Assembly: GCA_030539115.1 (NCBI GenBank) | Contig: JAUNSR010000012.1 | Coordinates: forward strand, 4,309-68,308 | Length of the DNA stretch: 64,000 bases | Direction: 5' to 3' | From: Bacteroidales bacterium | Lineage (GTDB): Bacteria > Bacteroidota > Bacteroidia > Bacteroidales > JAUNSR01 | Shown: positions 51,196 through 61,033 of the stretch, in pieces | Numbering within the stretch: position 1 is the first letter of the stretch | Layout of the letters: each line of letters starts with the position of its first letter | Position numbers and translations under genes: made by a program | The notes under the pieces: model-generated | Seen by the model: only the letters and a program-made list of their open reading frames with translations | Told to the model about the DNA's origin: nothing | Database searches by the model: none

Positions 51196-52665
51196 ATGAA
51201 AAACGCAGTTATAGCAATTGATTTGGGCGCAACAAGCGGAAGAATGATTCTTTCATACTTTGAGGGAGAGAAACTTCAGATAGAAGAAATCAACCGTTTC
51301 CCAAATAATATCATAGAAGAGGATGGGAAAAGCTTTTGGAATATGCCATTCCTTTTTGAACAGATAGTTGTCGGCCTTAATAAGATAGATAAAAAGAAAT
51401 ATCATATTCTTTCTATCGGCGTTGATACTTGGGGCGTCGATGTTTGCTATTTTGATAAAAACGGCGACTTGATTGGCAATCCAAGAGCTTATAGGGATGT
51501 TTATACAAATGGAGCACCTGAGAAATTTTTTGAGGAGATGCCAAGAAAAGAGGTTTATTCACTTACAGGAATTCAGGTTATGAACTTTAATACTCTTTAT
51601 CAGCTTTATTCGGCAAAAAATGAGAAGTTCGAACCGTTTGAAAAAGCTGATTCAATTCTTTTTATTCCTGATGCTTTGTCTTATATGCTGACAGGAAACA
51701 AGGTTTGTGAATATACAATTCTTTCAACTTCTCAATTTCTAAACCCTAACAACAAGCAGCTCGAGGAATCGCTGCTTAAAGTAGCGGGGGTGGATAAAAA
51801 TAAGTTTCCTGAAATTGTAATGCCCGGCACTGTTGTCGGAAATCTTAAAAAGGAACTTATGAATGAGCCTTTTGATTATGATATTCCTGTTATTGCTGTG
51901 GCAGGTCATGACACAGGTTCTGCAGTTGCCGCTGTACCTTCAAAGGATGAAAACTTTGCATATTTAAGTTCAGGCACATGGTCTTTGATGGGAATAGAGG
52001 TTAAAGATCCGATTATTTCAGATAAAACTTTTGAATTGAACTTTACAAATGAAGGCGGCGTTGAGGGAACTACAAGATTCTTGAAGAACATTACAGGAAT
52101 GTGGATTCTTGAACAATGCCGAAAGGAATGGGCTGAAGAGGGTAATGATTATTCTTATCCCGAGATTGTCGATATGATAGATAAGGCAGAGCCTTTTAGG
52201 TCGCTTATTAATACTGATGATCCAAGCTTTGCAAATCCTTCAAAAATGAGTCAGGCAATAAAAGATTATTGTAATAAAACCAATCAGCCTGAACCGGAAA
52301 ATCATCCGCAGATTGTGAGATGTATTATGGATAGCCTTGCTCTTAGATATCGTCAGGTATTTGGTTATCTTAAAGAACTTGCTCCTTTTAAAATTAATAG
52401 ACTTCATATTATTGGTGGAGGAGCAAAAAATGCTCTTTTAAATCAGTTTACTTCCAATTCGATAGGTGTGCCTGTTTATGCCGGCCCTTCAGAAGCTACC
52501 GCCATTGGAAATATTATGATTCAAATGAGAGCTCATAAACTTGTTGGTGATATTACTGACATGAGAAATAAAATTGCAGGTGCTGTAGAGATGAAAATCT
52601 TTGAACCAAAGGATAAAGAGATTTGGGATGAGGCATACAATAAATTTGAAAAATTTTGTAACTAA
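51196..52665 (+). CDS. rhaB: Rhamnulokinase
   Basis: 489-aa FGGY-family kinase (AIDLGATSGR, GVDTWGVD, IIGGGAKN). It is immediately followed by rhaA and rhaT. Confidence 0.88.
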   Translation: MKNAVIAIDLGATSGRMILSYFEGEKLQIEEINRFPNNIIEEDGKSFWNMPFLFEQIVVGLNKIDKKKYHILSIGVDTWGVDVCYFDKNGDLIGNPRAYRDVYTNGAPEKFFEEMPRKEVYSLTGIQVMNFNTLYQLYSAKNEKFEPFEKADSILFIPDALSYMLTGNKVCEYTILSTSQFLNPNNKQLEESLLKVAGVDKNKFPEIVMPGTVVGNLKKELMNEPFDYDIPVIAVAGHDTGSAVAAVPSKDENFAYLSSGTWSLMGIEVKDPIISDKTFELNFTNEGGVEGTTRFLKNITGMWILEQCRKEWAEEGNDYSYPEIVDMIDKAEPFRSLINTDDPSFANPSKMSQAIKDYCNKTNQPEPENHPQIVRCIMDSLALRYRQVFGYLKELAPFKINRLHIIGGGAKNALLNQFTSNSIGVPVYAGPSEATAIGNIMIQMRAHKLVGDITDMRNKIAGAVEMKIFEPKDKEIWDEAYNKFEKFCN

Positions 52666-52677
52666 TATTTACATACC

Positions 52678-53928
52678 ATGGAAAAAATGATTAAAGATGC
52701 ATACGAAATTGCAAAGCAACGTTATGCAAAAGTTGGTGTTAATGTTGACGAAGCTGTAAAAAAACTTCAGGATATCGAAATCTCTCTTCATTGCTGGCAG
52801 ACAGATGATGTAACAGGTTTTGAAAACCCTGATGGAGAACTTTCAGGCGGTATTCAGGCTACGGGAAATTATCCGGGCAAAGCTCGTAATATTGAAGAGG
52901 TAAGAGATGATCTTATTGAGGCTGCTTCTTTGATTCCGGGCTCTCACAGAGTAAATCTTCATGCTATATATGGTGACTTTAAAGGTAAGTTTGTTGATAG
53001 AGACCAAATCACTCCTGAATATTTTGTAAGCTGGATGGAATGGGCAAAGAAGAACAATTTTAAACTTGATTTTAATTCAACTTCATTCTCTCATCCAAAA
53101 AGCGGTTCATTAACTCTTGCAAATCCTGATAAGGAGATTCGTAATTTTTGGATTGAACATACAAAACGCTGCCGTGAGATTGCAAATGAAATGGGTAAAT
53201 ATCAGGGTTCTCCTTGTATGATGAACCTTTGGGTACATGATGGTTCAAAAGATGTTACAGTAAACCGTCTTTATTACCGTGAACTTCTTAAGGATTCTTT
53301 GGATCAGATTTTTGAACAGAAATATGATTACATGAAAGATTCTATTGAGGCAAAACTTTTTGGTATTGGCGCTGAAAGCTATACTGTTGGTTCTTATGAT
53401 TTCTATCTTGGATATGGAGTTAAGAACCAAAAAATGGTTACTCTTGATACAGGTCATTTCCATTTGACAGAAAGTATTGCAGATAAAATCTCTTCTTTGG
53501 CTTTGTTTACTCCTGAGATTATGCTTCATGTAAGCCGTCCTATTCGTTGGGATTCTGACCATGTCGTTATAATGAATGATGATACTCTTGATCTGGCTAA
53601 GGAAATTGTTCGCTGCAATGCACTTGAAAAAGTTCATATCGGTTTGGATTATTTCGATGCTTCAATCAATAGAATCGGAGCTTATGTAATTGGAACAAGA
53701 GCTACTCAGAAATGCTTCTTGCAGGCTCTTTTGGAACCTCTGAAAGTTCTTCGTGAATATGAAGCCAACGGCAGGAATTTTGAAAGACTTGCTCTTTTAG
53801 AGGAGGCTAAAAACTTGCCTTGGAATGCAGTTTGGGATTATTTCTGTGCTCAGAATAATGTGCCAATCGGAGAAGATTATATTGCTTCAATACAGAAATA
53901 TGAAGAGGATGTAACATCTAAAAGATAA
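52678..53928 (+). CDS. rhaA: L-rhamnose isomerase
   Basis: 416 aa. The motif ISLHCWQTDDVTGFE matches the conserved RhaA N-terminal motif, and the length is typical. Confidence 0.92.
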   Translation: MEKMIKDAYEIAKQRYAKVGVNVDEAVKKLQDIEISLHCWQTDDVTGFENPDGELSGGIQATGNYPGKARNIEEVRDDLIEAASLIPGSHRVNLHAIYGDFKGKFVDRDQITPEYFVSWMEWAKKNNFKLDFNSTSFSHPKSGSLTLANPDKEIRNFWIEHTKRCREIANEMGKYQGSPCMMNLWVHDGSKDVTVNRLYYRELLKDSLDQIFEQKYDYMKDSIEAKLFGIGAESYTVGSYDFYLGYGVKNQKMVTLDTGHFHLTESIADKISSLALFTPEIMLHVSRPIRWDSDHVVIMNDDTLDLAKEIVRCNALEKVHIGLDYFDASINRIGAYVIGTRATQKCFLQALLEPLKVLREYEANGRNFERLALLEEAKNLPWNAVWDYFCAQNNVPIGEDYIASIQKYEEDVTSKR

Positions 53929-53935
53929 TTAAATA

Positions 53936-54967
53936 ATGAATACATTAATAGGATTATTAATTATTGCAATAGGAAGCTTTGGCCAGTCAAGCTCTTATGT
54001 CCCAATCAATAAGGTAAAGGATTGGAGCTGGGAGAGCTTTTGGCTTGTTCAAGGACTCTTTGCATGGCTGATATTCCCCCTCTTAGGCTCTTTTCTTGCA
54101 ATGCCGAGCATAGGCTCGTTGATTGATATATGGAGTTCGGGAGGCGCAATCTATTCTATAATCTATGGAATACTTTGGGGAATAGGCGGTTTGACTTTCG
54201 GACTTAGCATGCGATATCTTGGAGTGGCTTTAGGTCAATCGATTGCACTTGGAACTTGCTCTGCATTCGGAACTCTTTTGCCTGCGATTTTTGGAGGAAC
54301 TAATTTGTTTGAAGGCGCCGGTCTTATACTTCTTATAGGCGTTTGTATAACAATAGCAGGTATCTCAGTGATTGGTTATGCAGGAAGTTTAAGAGCAAAG
54401 AATATGACAGAGGAGGAGAAAAAGGCTGCAATAAAGGATTTTGCATTAACAAAAGGTCTTTTAGTCGCTCTTTTGGCAGGTGTGATGAGCGCGTGCTTCA
54501 ATCTCGGACTTAATGCGGGTGATGCAATAAAAGCAAAAACTATAGAAATGGGGGCAAGTGAACTCTTTGCTTTAAATCCGGTGATTATGCTTGTCACTTT
54601 TGGCGGATTTATTACAAATGCCGTTTATTGTCTTTTCCAGAATGCTAAAAACAAAACTTTTAATGATTATTCAAAGCTTCCTTCCGGAGTTTTTGTAAAT
54701 AATATACTCTTCTGTGCCTTGGCAGGTATCCTTTGGTATTCTCAATTCTTTGGATTAGGAGTAGGACAGAGTTACCTTAAAGGTTCTCCTGTAATGCTTG
54801 CATTCTCTTGGAGTATTCTTATGTCATTGAATGTAATATTTAGTAATTTTTGGGGTGTAATTCTTAAAGAATGGAAAGGCTGCAATAATAAAACAATAAT
54901 TGTACTTGTAATAGGTATACTTATTTTGATATTTTCAACTTTTTTCCCAACATTGATGAATAATTAA
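53936..54967 (+). CDS. rhaT: L-rhamnose/H+ symporter
   Basis: 343-aa, 10-TM protein of the RhaT family (GSFGQSSSYVPINKVKDWSWESFWLVQG) in a rha operon context. Confidence 0.88.
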   Translation: MNTLIGLLIIAIGSFGQSSSYVPINKVKDWSWESFWLVQGLFAWLIFPLLGSFLAMPSIGSLIDIWSSGGAIYSIIYGILWGIGGLTFGLSMRYLGVALGQSIALGTCSAFGTLLPAIFGGTNLFEGAGLILLIGVCITIAGISVIGYAGSLRAKNMTEEEKKAAIKDFALTKGLLVALLAGVMSACFNLGLNAGDAIKAKTIEMGASELFALNPVIMLVTFGGFITNAVYCLFQNAKNKTFNDYSKLPSGVFVNNILFCALAGILWYSQFFGLGVGQSYLKGSPVMLAFSWSILMSLNVIFSNFWGVILKEWKGCNNKTIIVLVIGILILIFSTFFPTLMNN

Positions 54968-55040
54968 GTGAAGATATAATTGGTTTGACAAAAAAAGGTT
55001 GAACACTTTTATATATTTTAGAGTGTTGTTAATAAGTTAG

Positions 55041-55078
55041 CAGAGGTGTCGCATGGTTTGCGCTGCCTCTGTTTTTTT
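55041..55078 (+). terminator. Intrinsic terminator after rhaT
   Basis: CAGAGGTGTCGC...GCGCTGCCTCTG forms an imperfect GC-rich stem followed by TTTTTTTG. Confidence 0.7.
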
Positions 55079-55296
55079 GTTTTATAAACCGCTAAAGATA
55101 AATTTGCAGTTAATTATGATAATATTAATGTCAAAACACGGATTATGCTTTTGATGTTCTAAATAAAAAATAATTAAAAGTATAGTTTAGAATATGTAGA
55201 AGAAATGATGGTTCGATAGTGTTCTAAAAAAATCAATTAAAGGAATAGAGAAAATCTGCCAATTTGAGAACAGCTTTTTTTAGAGTATATGGTATA

Positions 55297-55340
55297 AAAT
55301 AAAAAGCAGGGATTTCCAAAACTTATTGGATATCCCTGCT
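55297..55340 (-). terminator. Intrinsic terminator downstream of the long nagB
   Basis: On the minus strand, AGCAGGGATATCCAA-loop-TTGGAAATCCCTGCT forms a roughly 15-bp stem with one mismatch, followed by TTTTATTTT. Confidence 0.8.
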
Positions 55341-55364
55341 TTACTGTATGTTATAATCCTAAAA

Positions 55365-57347
55365 TTATAGAGGATGATATTGAACAAATGCTTCAATAGC
55401 TTCATAAGAAGCAAGACCTAACTGATGATAAAGCTCAGCAGTAGCACGGTTACGGTCTTCAGAACGCTGCCAAAATAATCTTTCATCATTTCCAAGGAAA
55501 GGAGCGCTTTCCATTTGAGATTGATGTTTAAGAATCGAGTTACGTTTAGAACGAAGTTCTTCAGGACTTAAAGGCACAGCCATTTCAATATGGTCAACTT
55601 CCCATTCAGCCCAAGCACCACGGTACATCCAAATACGACAATCTTTCAACCATTGTTCCTCTTTAACTTCATCTATTGCAGCAAGCACAGCATCAAGACA
55701 AACTTTGTGAGTTCCATGAGGGTCTGCAAGGTCACCGGCAACAAAAATCTGATCCGGTTTGATCTTTTCGATAAGAGCCTTTACAATAGCGATGTCTTTT
55801 TCACTTAAATCGCCTTTTTTAATAGTACCAGTTTCGTAGAAAGGTAAGTTAAGGAAATTAACGTGGTCGGCTTTCACACCCATATAGTTACAAGCTGTAC
55901 GTGCTTCACCACGACGGATAAGACCTTTTATCTCACGAATATCAAGAGTATCGATATCATTTTCAGTCTTAGTCTTAGAAAGGTCATTGTGTATTTCATC
56001 AAGTTTAGCTTTCAGGGCTTCATCCTTAATGTTGTACATATCAACGATGCCATCCATAAACATAGAGAAACGTTTAACCTCTTCATCACCAACAGCGATA
56101 TTACCTGAAGTTTCGTAAGCAACATAAACATCATGATTTTGATCAACAAGACGTTTAAGAGTTCCTCCCATAGAGATAACGTCATCATCCGGGTGGGGGC
56201 TGAAAACAATAACTTTCTTAGGGAATGGAGTAGCTCTTTCAGGACGATAAGTGTCGTCTGAATTAGGTTTTCCACCCGGCCATCCTGTAATTGTATGCTG
56301 AAGTTCGTTGAAAACTTTGATGTTTACATTGTAAGCGGAGCCAAATAGAGCAACAAGTTCGCTAAGGCTGTTTTCTGTATAATCTTTATTTGTAAGTTTC
56401 AGAATCGGTTTGCCTGTTTTCTTGCAAAGCCAAACAATAGCACGGCGAATAATTTTGTCATCCCAAACGCAGGAGGTCACAAGCCAAGGATTGCTTAGAC
56501 GAGTAAGTTGCTCAGCAGCTGAAAGGTCAAGAGAAAGTTTTGCATTGTGATGCTGCTGAAGATAAGTTGCAGGAAGAGTCTCTGAAATATTTCCCTCAAC
56601 AACAGATTTTACAAGATTTGATTTGTTTTCACCCCAAGCCATAAGTATAACTCTCTTTGCTTTCATCAAAGTGTTAACACCCATAGTGATTGCGCATGAA
56701 GGAGCATCCTCATTAGTATTATATAGCTTGGAAGCATTTTTGCGTGTCTCACTGTCAAGAAGAATAAGCCTTGTTTGTGAGTTTATCTGAGAGCCTGATT
56801 CGTTAAAACCAATAGAACCTGATTCTCCAAGGGAAAGAAGAGCAAGATCTAAGCCGCCATTTTGATCTATCATCTTTTCGTACTCAAGACAGAAGTCATA
56901 AACCGAATCTCTTTCGCCAATGCTGTTTGGAGAATAGATATTTTCAGAATTAATGTCTACATGTTTGAAAAGTTGTTCGTCAAGAGTGTTGTGAATAGTC
57001 TTTGATTGATCCTGAAGAGGATAGAATTCACATACATTAAAAACAACTACGTTTGCAAAGCTAAGAGATTCGTATTTGTGTAAACGTACAAGTTCTTCGT
57101 AAACGCCCTGCGCTTGGTTTCCACCTGTAAGAGCTAAAACACATTTGCGGGAATCTTTTTGTTTGTTTTTGATAATAGAAGCAATCTCATTTGCAATTTC
57201 GATTGCTCCCTCTTGTGAACTCTCAAAAATATCTGTTGGAAGTTTCTCGAAACGAGTTAATGCAGTATGCTCGAAAGCATTTGCAGGACGATAATACTCT
57301 TTGGGTATTCTGTCCAATTTGATTTGTGAACTTAAATTTGTTTTCAT
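55365..57347 (-). CDS. Long-form glucosamine-6-phosphate deaminase (NagB-like N-terminal domain fused to LmbE/PIG-L-like domain)
   Basis: 660 aa. The N-terminal half has the NagB/6-PGL sugar-isomerase pattern (CVLALTGGNQAQGVY, FNVCEFYP, LLSLGESGSIGFNE). The C-terminal half carries the PIG-L motif VIVFSPHPDDDVISMGGT and a downstream HxxH-type motif (DPHGTHKV). Confidence 0.85.
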   Translation of the reverse strand: MKTNLSSQIKLDRIPKEYYRPANAFEHTALTRFEKLPTDIFESSQEGAIEIANEIASIIKNKQKDSRKCVLALTGGNQAQGVYEELVRLHKYESLSFANVVVFNVCEFYPLQDQSKTIHNTLDEQLFKHVDINSENIYSPNSIGERDSVYDFCLEYEKMIDQNGGLDLALLSLGESGSIGFNESGSQINSQTRLILLDSETRKNASKLYNTNEDAPSCAITMGVNTLMKAKRVILMAWGENKSNLVKSVVEGNISETLPATYLQQHHNAKLSLDLSAAEQLTRLSNPWLVTSCVWDDKIIRRAIVWLCKKTGKPILKLTNKDYTENSLSELVALFGSAYNVNIKVFNELQHTITGWPGGKPNSDDTYRPERATPFPKKVIVFSPHPDDDVISMGGTLKRLVDQNHDVYVAYETSGNIAVGDEEVKRFSMFMDGIVDMYNIKDEALKAKLDEIHNDLSKTKTENDIDTLDIREIKGLIRRGEARTACNYMGVKADHVNFLNLPFYETGTIKKGDLSEKDIAIVKALIEKIKPDQIFVAGDLADPHGTHKVCLDAVLAAIDEVKEEQWLKDCRIWMYRGAWAEWEVDHIEMAVPLSPEELRSKRNSILKHQSQMESAPFLGNDERLFWQRSEDRNRATAELYHQLGLASYEAIEAFVQYHPL

Positions 57348-57762
57348 CTGTATATAATTTATTTTCTATATTAAAGACAGACTCGCCTTTGCTTTACTTA
57401 TCATTAATTTGATTTATTCTTAAAGTAATTTTCGGAGATATATCTGTATATAAATTATAGTGTAATTTATTAGTCATTCAAATTAATCATTCTTATTAAT
57501 GTGATGATCCAATATATTATCACCCAATAAAATTCAAATTGTTAAAACAAAACCAACAGAGATTTACTTTAATAAATATAAAGAATGAATCATATCTATT
57601 GTAAATCAATAATCTTTATTACAGAGAAACCAAAATGATTATATCTTTCCTAATTAAGGTCTTGTTGAATTATTTGTTTAACAAAGGTATTTATTTCATT
57701 TCGAAAGACAATAATTTTTCGATTAATAGTAATAGTAATTTTATTAAGATATTAATAATGTT

Positions 57763-57770
57763 TATCTTTG
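57763..57770 (+). promoter_or_regulatory. -7 box TATCTTTG (candidate nagB promoter)
   Basis: Perfect TAnnTTTG 96 nt upstream of the nagB ATG. Confidence 0.4.
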
Positions 57771-57865
57771 AGACGAAAATATAAAATTGTTTTATGCTTG
57801 AATTTTAAATTTATTTATTTAAGACAATATATATATTAAACTAAATATAAATAATTTTTTTAGCT

Positions 57866-58678
57866 ATGAGACTAATTATTCAACCAGATTATCTTAACCT
57901 ATCAAAATGGAGTGCAAATTATGTAGCTTCAAAAATTAACAAGTTTGCCCCAAGCTCTGATCGTCCTTTCGTTTTAGGATTGCCAACCGGTTCTTCTCCT
58001 CTTGGAATGTATAAAGAATTGATTAAACTTAATCAAGCAGGAAAAGTTTCTTTCGAAAATGTCATTACATTTAATATGGATGAATATGTAGGGCTTCCAA
58101 AAGAACACCCTGAGAGTTATCATTCTTTTATGTGGAATAATTTTTTCTCTCATATTGATATTAAAGCTGAGAATGTAAATATTCTTAACGGTAATGCCGC
58201 TAATCCTCAGGATGAGTGTGAACGTTATGAAAATAAGATTAAAGCTGTAGGTGGAATTGATTTGTTCTTAGGCGGTATCGGTCCTGATGGGCATATTGCA
58301 TTTAATGAACCTTGCTCTTCTTTGGCTTCAAGAACAAGAATGAAGACTCTAACTAAAGACACTATTATTGCAAACTCTCGTTTCTTTGAAAATGATGTTA
58401 ATAAAGTGCCTAAAACTGCTTTAACTGTTGGTGTTGGCACGGTGCTTGATGCAAAAGAGGTGCTTATCATGGTTAATGGTCACAATAAAGCCCGGGCTTT
58501 GGCAAGTGTGATTGAAGGTCCTGTTAATCACAAATGGACTATCAGCGCTCTTCAACTTCATCCAAAAGGAATTATTGTTTGTGATGAGGCTGCCACTGAA
58601 GAGATTAAAGTTGGTACTTACAAATATTTCATGGACATTGAATCAGCAAATCTTGATCCTGAAACTTTGTTGAAATAA
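57866..58678 (+). CDS. nagB: Glucosamine-6-phosphate deaminase (classical 270-aa form)
   Basis: MRLIIQPDY..., [21 protein letters not shown] and [14 protein letters not shown] are textbook NagB motifs. Confidence 0.95.
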   Translation: MRLIIQPDYLNLSKWSANYVASKINKFAPSSDRPFVLGLPTGSSPLGMYKELIKLNQAGKVSFENVITFNMDEYVGLPKEHPESYHSFMWNNFFSHIDIKAENVNILNGNAANPQDECERYENKIKAVGGIDLFLGGIGPDGHIAFNEPCSSLASRTRMKTLTKDTIIANSRFFENDVNKVPKTALTVGVGTVLDAKEVLIMVNGHNKARALASVIEGPVNHKWTISALQLHPKGIIVCDEAATEEIKVGTYKYFMDIESANLDPETLLK

Positions 58679-58698
58679 GATTTTAATTAAAAAATAAA

Positions 58699-58748
58699 CT
58701 CCCATACTTTTTAGATGTAAATCAAAAAAGTATGGGAGCTGTTTTTTT
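58699..58748. terminator. Bidirectional intrinsic terminator between convergent nagB and lpxH
   Basis: CTCCCATACTTTTT-loop-AAAAAGTATGGGAG is a perfect 14-bp stem with a T-run on the plus strand (CTGTTTTTTTG) and a T-rich run on the minus strand. Confidence 0.85.
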
Positions 58749-58802
58749 GTCTTAACTAAAGTTTATTATGATTAAGCTGTTTGTTTTTTATAAAACATTT
58801 AA

Positions 58803-59591
58803 TTAAAAGGCAATGCTGACACCTTGACGTTCATTATCTAAATTTCCTTGTTCTTCCTCAAACTGTTCAAGGCGGAAATCATCACCTTCAAGCACTCCAT
58901 AAGAGAAAAGATTAACCCAATCGCCAAGAATGACAACTCTGCTCTCTTTTTTTATCATTAAATCAAGCATTATGTGCCTATGACCATAAATGAAAAAGTT
59001 TATATCATTGTTCTCAAGTATCTTTTTTGAGAAAATCACCAGATGCTCCTTGTCTTCACCAAGGAAAGAGTCATAATCACTCCCATTAAGCCGGCTGTGA
59101 GCCGACCATTTGTGGGCAAAAGAGACAGTCCAGCGAGGATGTATTGAGGTAAAGATGCGTTGACAAAACCTGTTTCTAAAGAATCTGCTCATAAATTTGT
59201 AGCTCAAAGAATCATCACCAAGGCCGTCGCCATGAGCAAGAAAAAACTTTTTCCCATTAATTTCCTTAACAATAGGCTGGCGATGGATAATCACGCCTAT
59301 TTCTTTTGGAAGATAATCAAAAATCCAAATGTCGTGATTCCCTGTAAACCAATAAACTTTAACTCCTTTATCTGTAAGTTCGGCAATCTTTCCAAAAAGA
59401 CGGGTGAAGCCGCGTGGAACAACATTTTTAAATTCATACCAGAAATCAAGAATATCGCCAAGAAGATAAAGCTCTTTAGCATCATCTTTTATAGAGTCGA
59501 GAAAACGTACAAGTTTTTTCTCCTTTTCAATAGGATTGGAGAAAGTTGAAGAACCTAAATGTGCATCAGAGAGAAAATATATTTTTTCCAT
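58803..59591 (-). CDS. lpxH: UDP-2,3-diacylglucosamine diphosphatase
   Basis: 262-aa calcineurin-like metallophosphoesterase with LpxH motifs YFLSDAHLG, LLGDILDFW, GNHD and GHRH. Confidence 0.88.
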   Translation of the reverse strand: MEKIYFLSDAHLGSSTFSNPIEKEKKLVRFLDSIKDDAKELYLLGDILDFWYEFKNVVPRGFTRLFGKIAELTDKGVKVYWFTGNHDIWIFDYLPKEIGVIIHRQPIVKEINGKKFFLAHGDGLGDDSLSYKFMSRFFRNRFCQRIFTSIHPRWTVSFAHKWSAHSRLNGSDYDSFLGEDKEHLVIFSKKILENNDINFFIYGHRHIMLDLMIKKESRVVILGDWVNLFSYGVLEGDDFRLEQFEEEQGNLDNERQGVSIAF

Positions 59592-59780
59592 TTTAAAAAA
59601 ATCATGATTTGAGAAATAAAAATATTTGCCGACAATAGGAAAAATATAATTCTCAAAAGTGATGAAATTGCAGATTATAGTTTTTGAAATAAAGATCCTT
59701 GTTACACGGCAGATAATTGTTTTTGTATAGTCAATTAATCGGCTGTTGTTGTTTTGACAATAATCGGAGATATTTAAAGT

Positions 59781-60101
59781 CTAAAGAAATCCAAGCTCAA
59801 GTTTAGCCTCTTCACTCATCATATCCTTATCCCATTCAGGCTCAAAAGTTAACTCAACATCTACATTTCTCACTCCATCAATGCTCTCAACTTTCATCCT
59901 TACATCTTCAAGAATAAAATCGGCTGCAGGGCAGTTTGGCGCAGTAAGAGTCATCTTGATCTTTACATTATTTTGTTCATCAACATCAATATCATAAACC
60001 AAACCAAGGTCATAAATATTAACGGGAATCTCCGGGTCATAAACCAAGCGGAGCATTTCAACTATTTTTTCTTCTATTTCCAATAAATTATTTTCCATCA
60101 T
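59781..60101 (-). CDS. DUF59/MIP18-family Fe-S cluster assembly protein (SufT/PaaD-like)
   Basis: 106 aa with the motifs VYDPEIPVNIYDLGLVY and MTLTAPNCP, characteristic of DUF59. Confidence 0.85.
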   Translation of the reverse strand: MMENNLLEIEEKIVEMLRLVYDPEIPVNIYDLGLVYDIDVDEQNNVKIKMTLTAPNCPAADFILEDVRMKVESIDGVRNVDVELTFEPEWDKDMMSEEAKLELGFL

Positions 60102-60146
60102 AAAACCTGTGCCAAAAGGGCTTTGAACAATTATTAATACTCAGGT

Positions 60147-60164
60147 AAAGAGAATATTCTCTTT
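60147..60164. promoter_or_regulatory. Perfect 18-bp palindrome AAAGAGAATATTCTCTTT
   Basis: It is an exact self-complement. It sits 46-63 nt upstream of the DUF59 gene start and about 135 nt downstream of the radC stop. It could be an operator or a weak hairpin. Confidence 0.35.
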
Positions 60165-60299
60165 ATGCAAACTTACATAAGAATAACGATTCTTGATTAT
60201 GAATGCTATAAAAATTAGTTTAATTAAAACATTCAAATATAAATTTTGAATAAAAAGCACAGGAATGCGTCTTTTTATATTAGCATTAAGACTCTTAAT

Positions 60300-61013
60300 T
60301 TAGATTCTTCCCTCATCGGCATAGCTGTAATAATGGTCTTCACAAACAATTATATGATCAAGCACTCTGATATCAAAAAGAGAGGCGGCATCTTTCATTT
60401 TTTTTGTAAAAGCATCATCTGCTTTGCTGGGTTTGTAATTGCCTGAGGGATGATTGTGAGAAAGAATAATAGCAGAGGAAAGAAGCTCGATGCCCTCCTT
60501 TAGAATAATCCTTGGATCAACGGATGTTTCGGAAACACCTCCGCTGCTGATTATTTTATCTTTTATTATCTTGTTGCTTTGATTGAGATAAACCACCATA
60601 AAAACCTCATGATTCAAGTCAATAAACTTTGGCTTAAGATAATTGTAAATGTCTGAGCTTGAAAAAATGCTGAACTTCTTTTTAGCTTCACAAATATTCC
60701 TTCGTCTTCCAAGTTCGAGGGCTGCTTTAACGGTTACAGCCTTCGTCTCTCCGATGCCGATATAATTGGTGACAAAATCCTTAATGCTTTTCTTCGACAA
60801 CTCGCTAAGATTGTAATCGCTGTCTTTTAATATTCTGTTTGCTATCTCGATAGCAGACTCTTTTTTGGTGCCTGTGCGAAGCAATATTGCAAGAAGCTCT
60901 GCATCACTCAGAGAGTCAATCCCTTTTGAAAGCATTTTTTCTCTTGGCCTTTCCTTTTGCTCTATTTCTTTAATTTTCATAATTTTTGGCATTAGCGGTT
61001 TTACCAAAAACAA
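60300..61013 (-). CDS. radC: RadC-like JAB/MPN domain protein (UPF0758)
   Basis: ERPREKM, LSDAELLAILLRTG (HhH motif) and the JAMM motif LSHNHPSG. Alternative ATG starts at 60992 and 60980 give the more usual length of about 226-230 aa. Confidence 0.88.
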   Translation of the reverse strand: MFLVKPLMPKIMKIKEIEQKERPREKMLSKGIDSLSDAELLAILLRTGTKKESAIEIANRILKDSDYNLSELSKKSIKDFVTNYIGIGETKAVTVKAALELGRRRNICEAKKKFSIFSSSDIYNYLKPKFIDLNHEVFMVVYLNQSNKIIKDKIISSGGVSETSVDPRIILKEGIELLSSAIILSHNHPSGNYKPSKADDAFTKKMKDAASLFDIRVLDHIIVCEDHYYSYADEGRI

Positions 61014-61033
61014 AGCCGTAATAAAAAAGTTCC

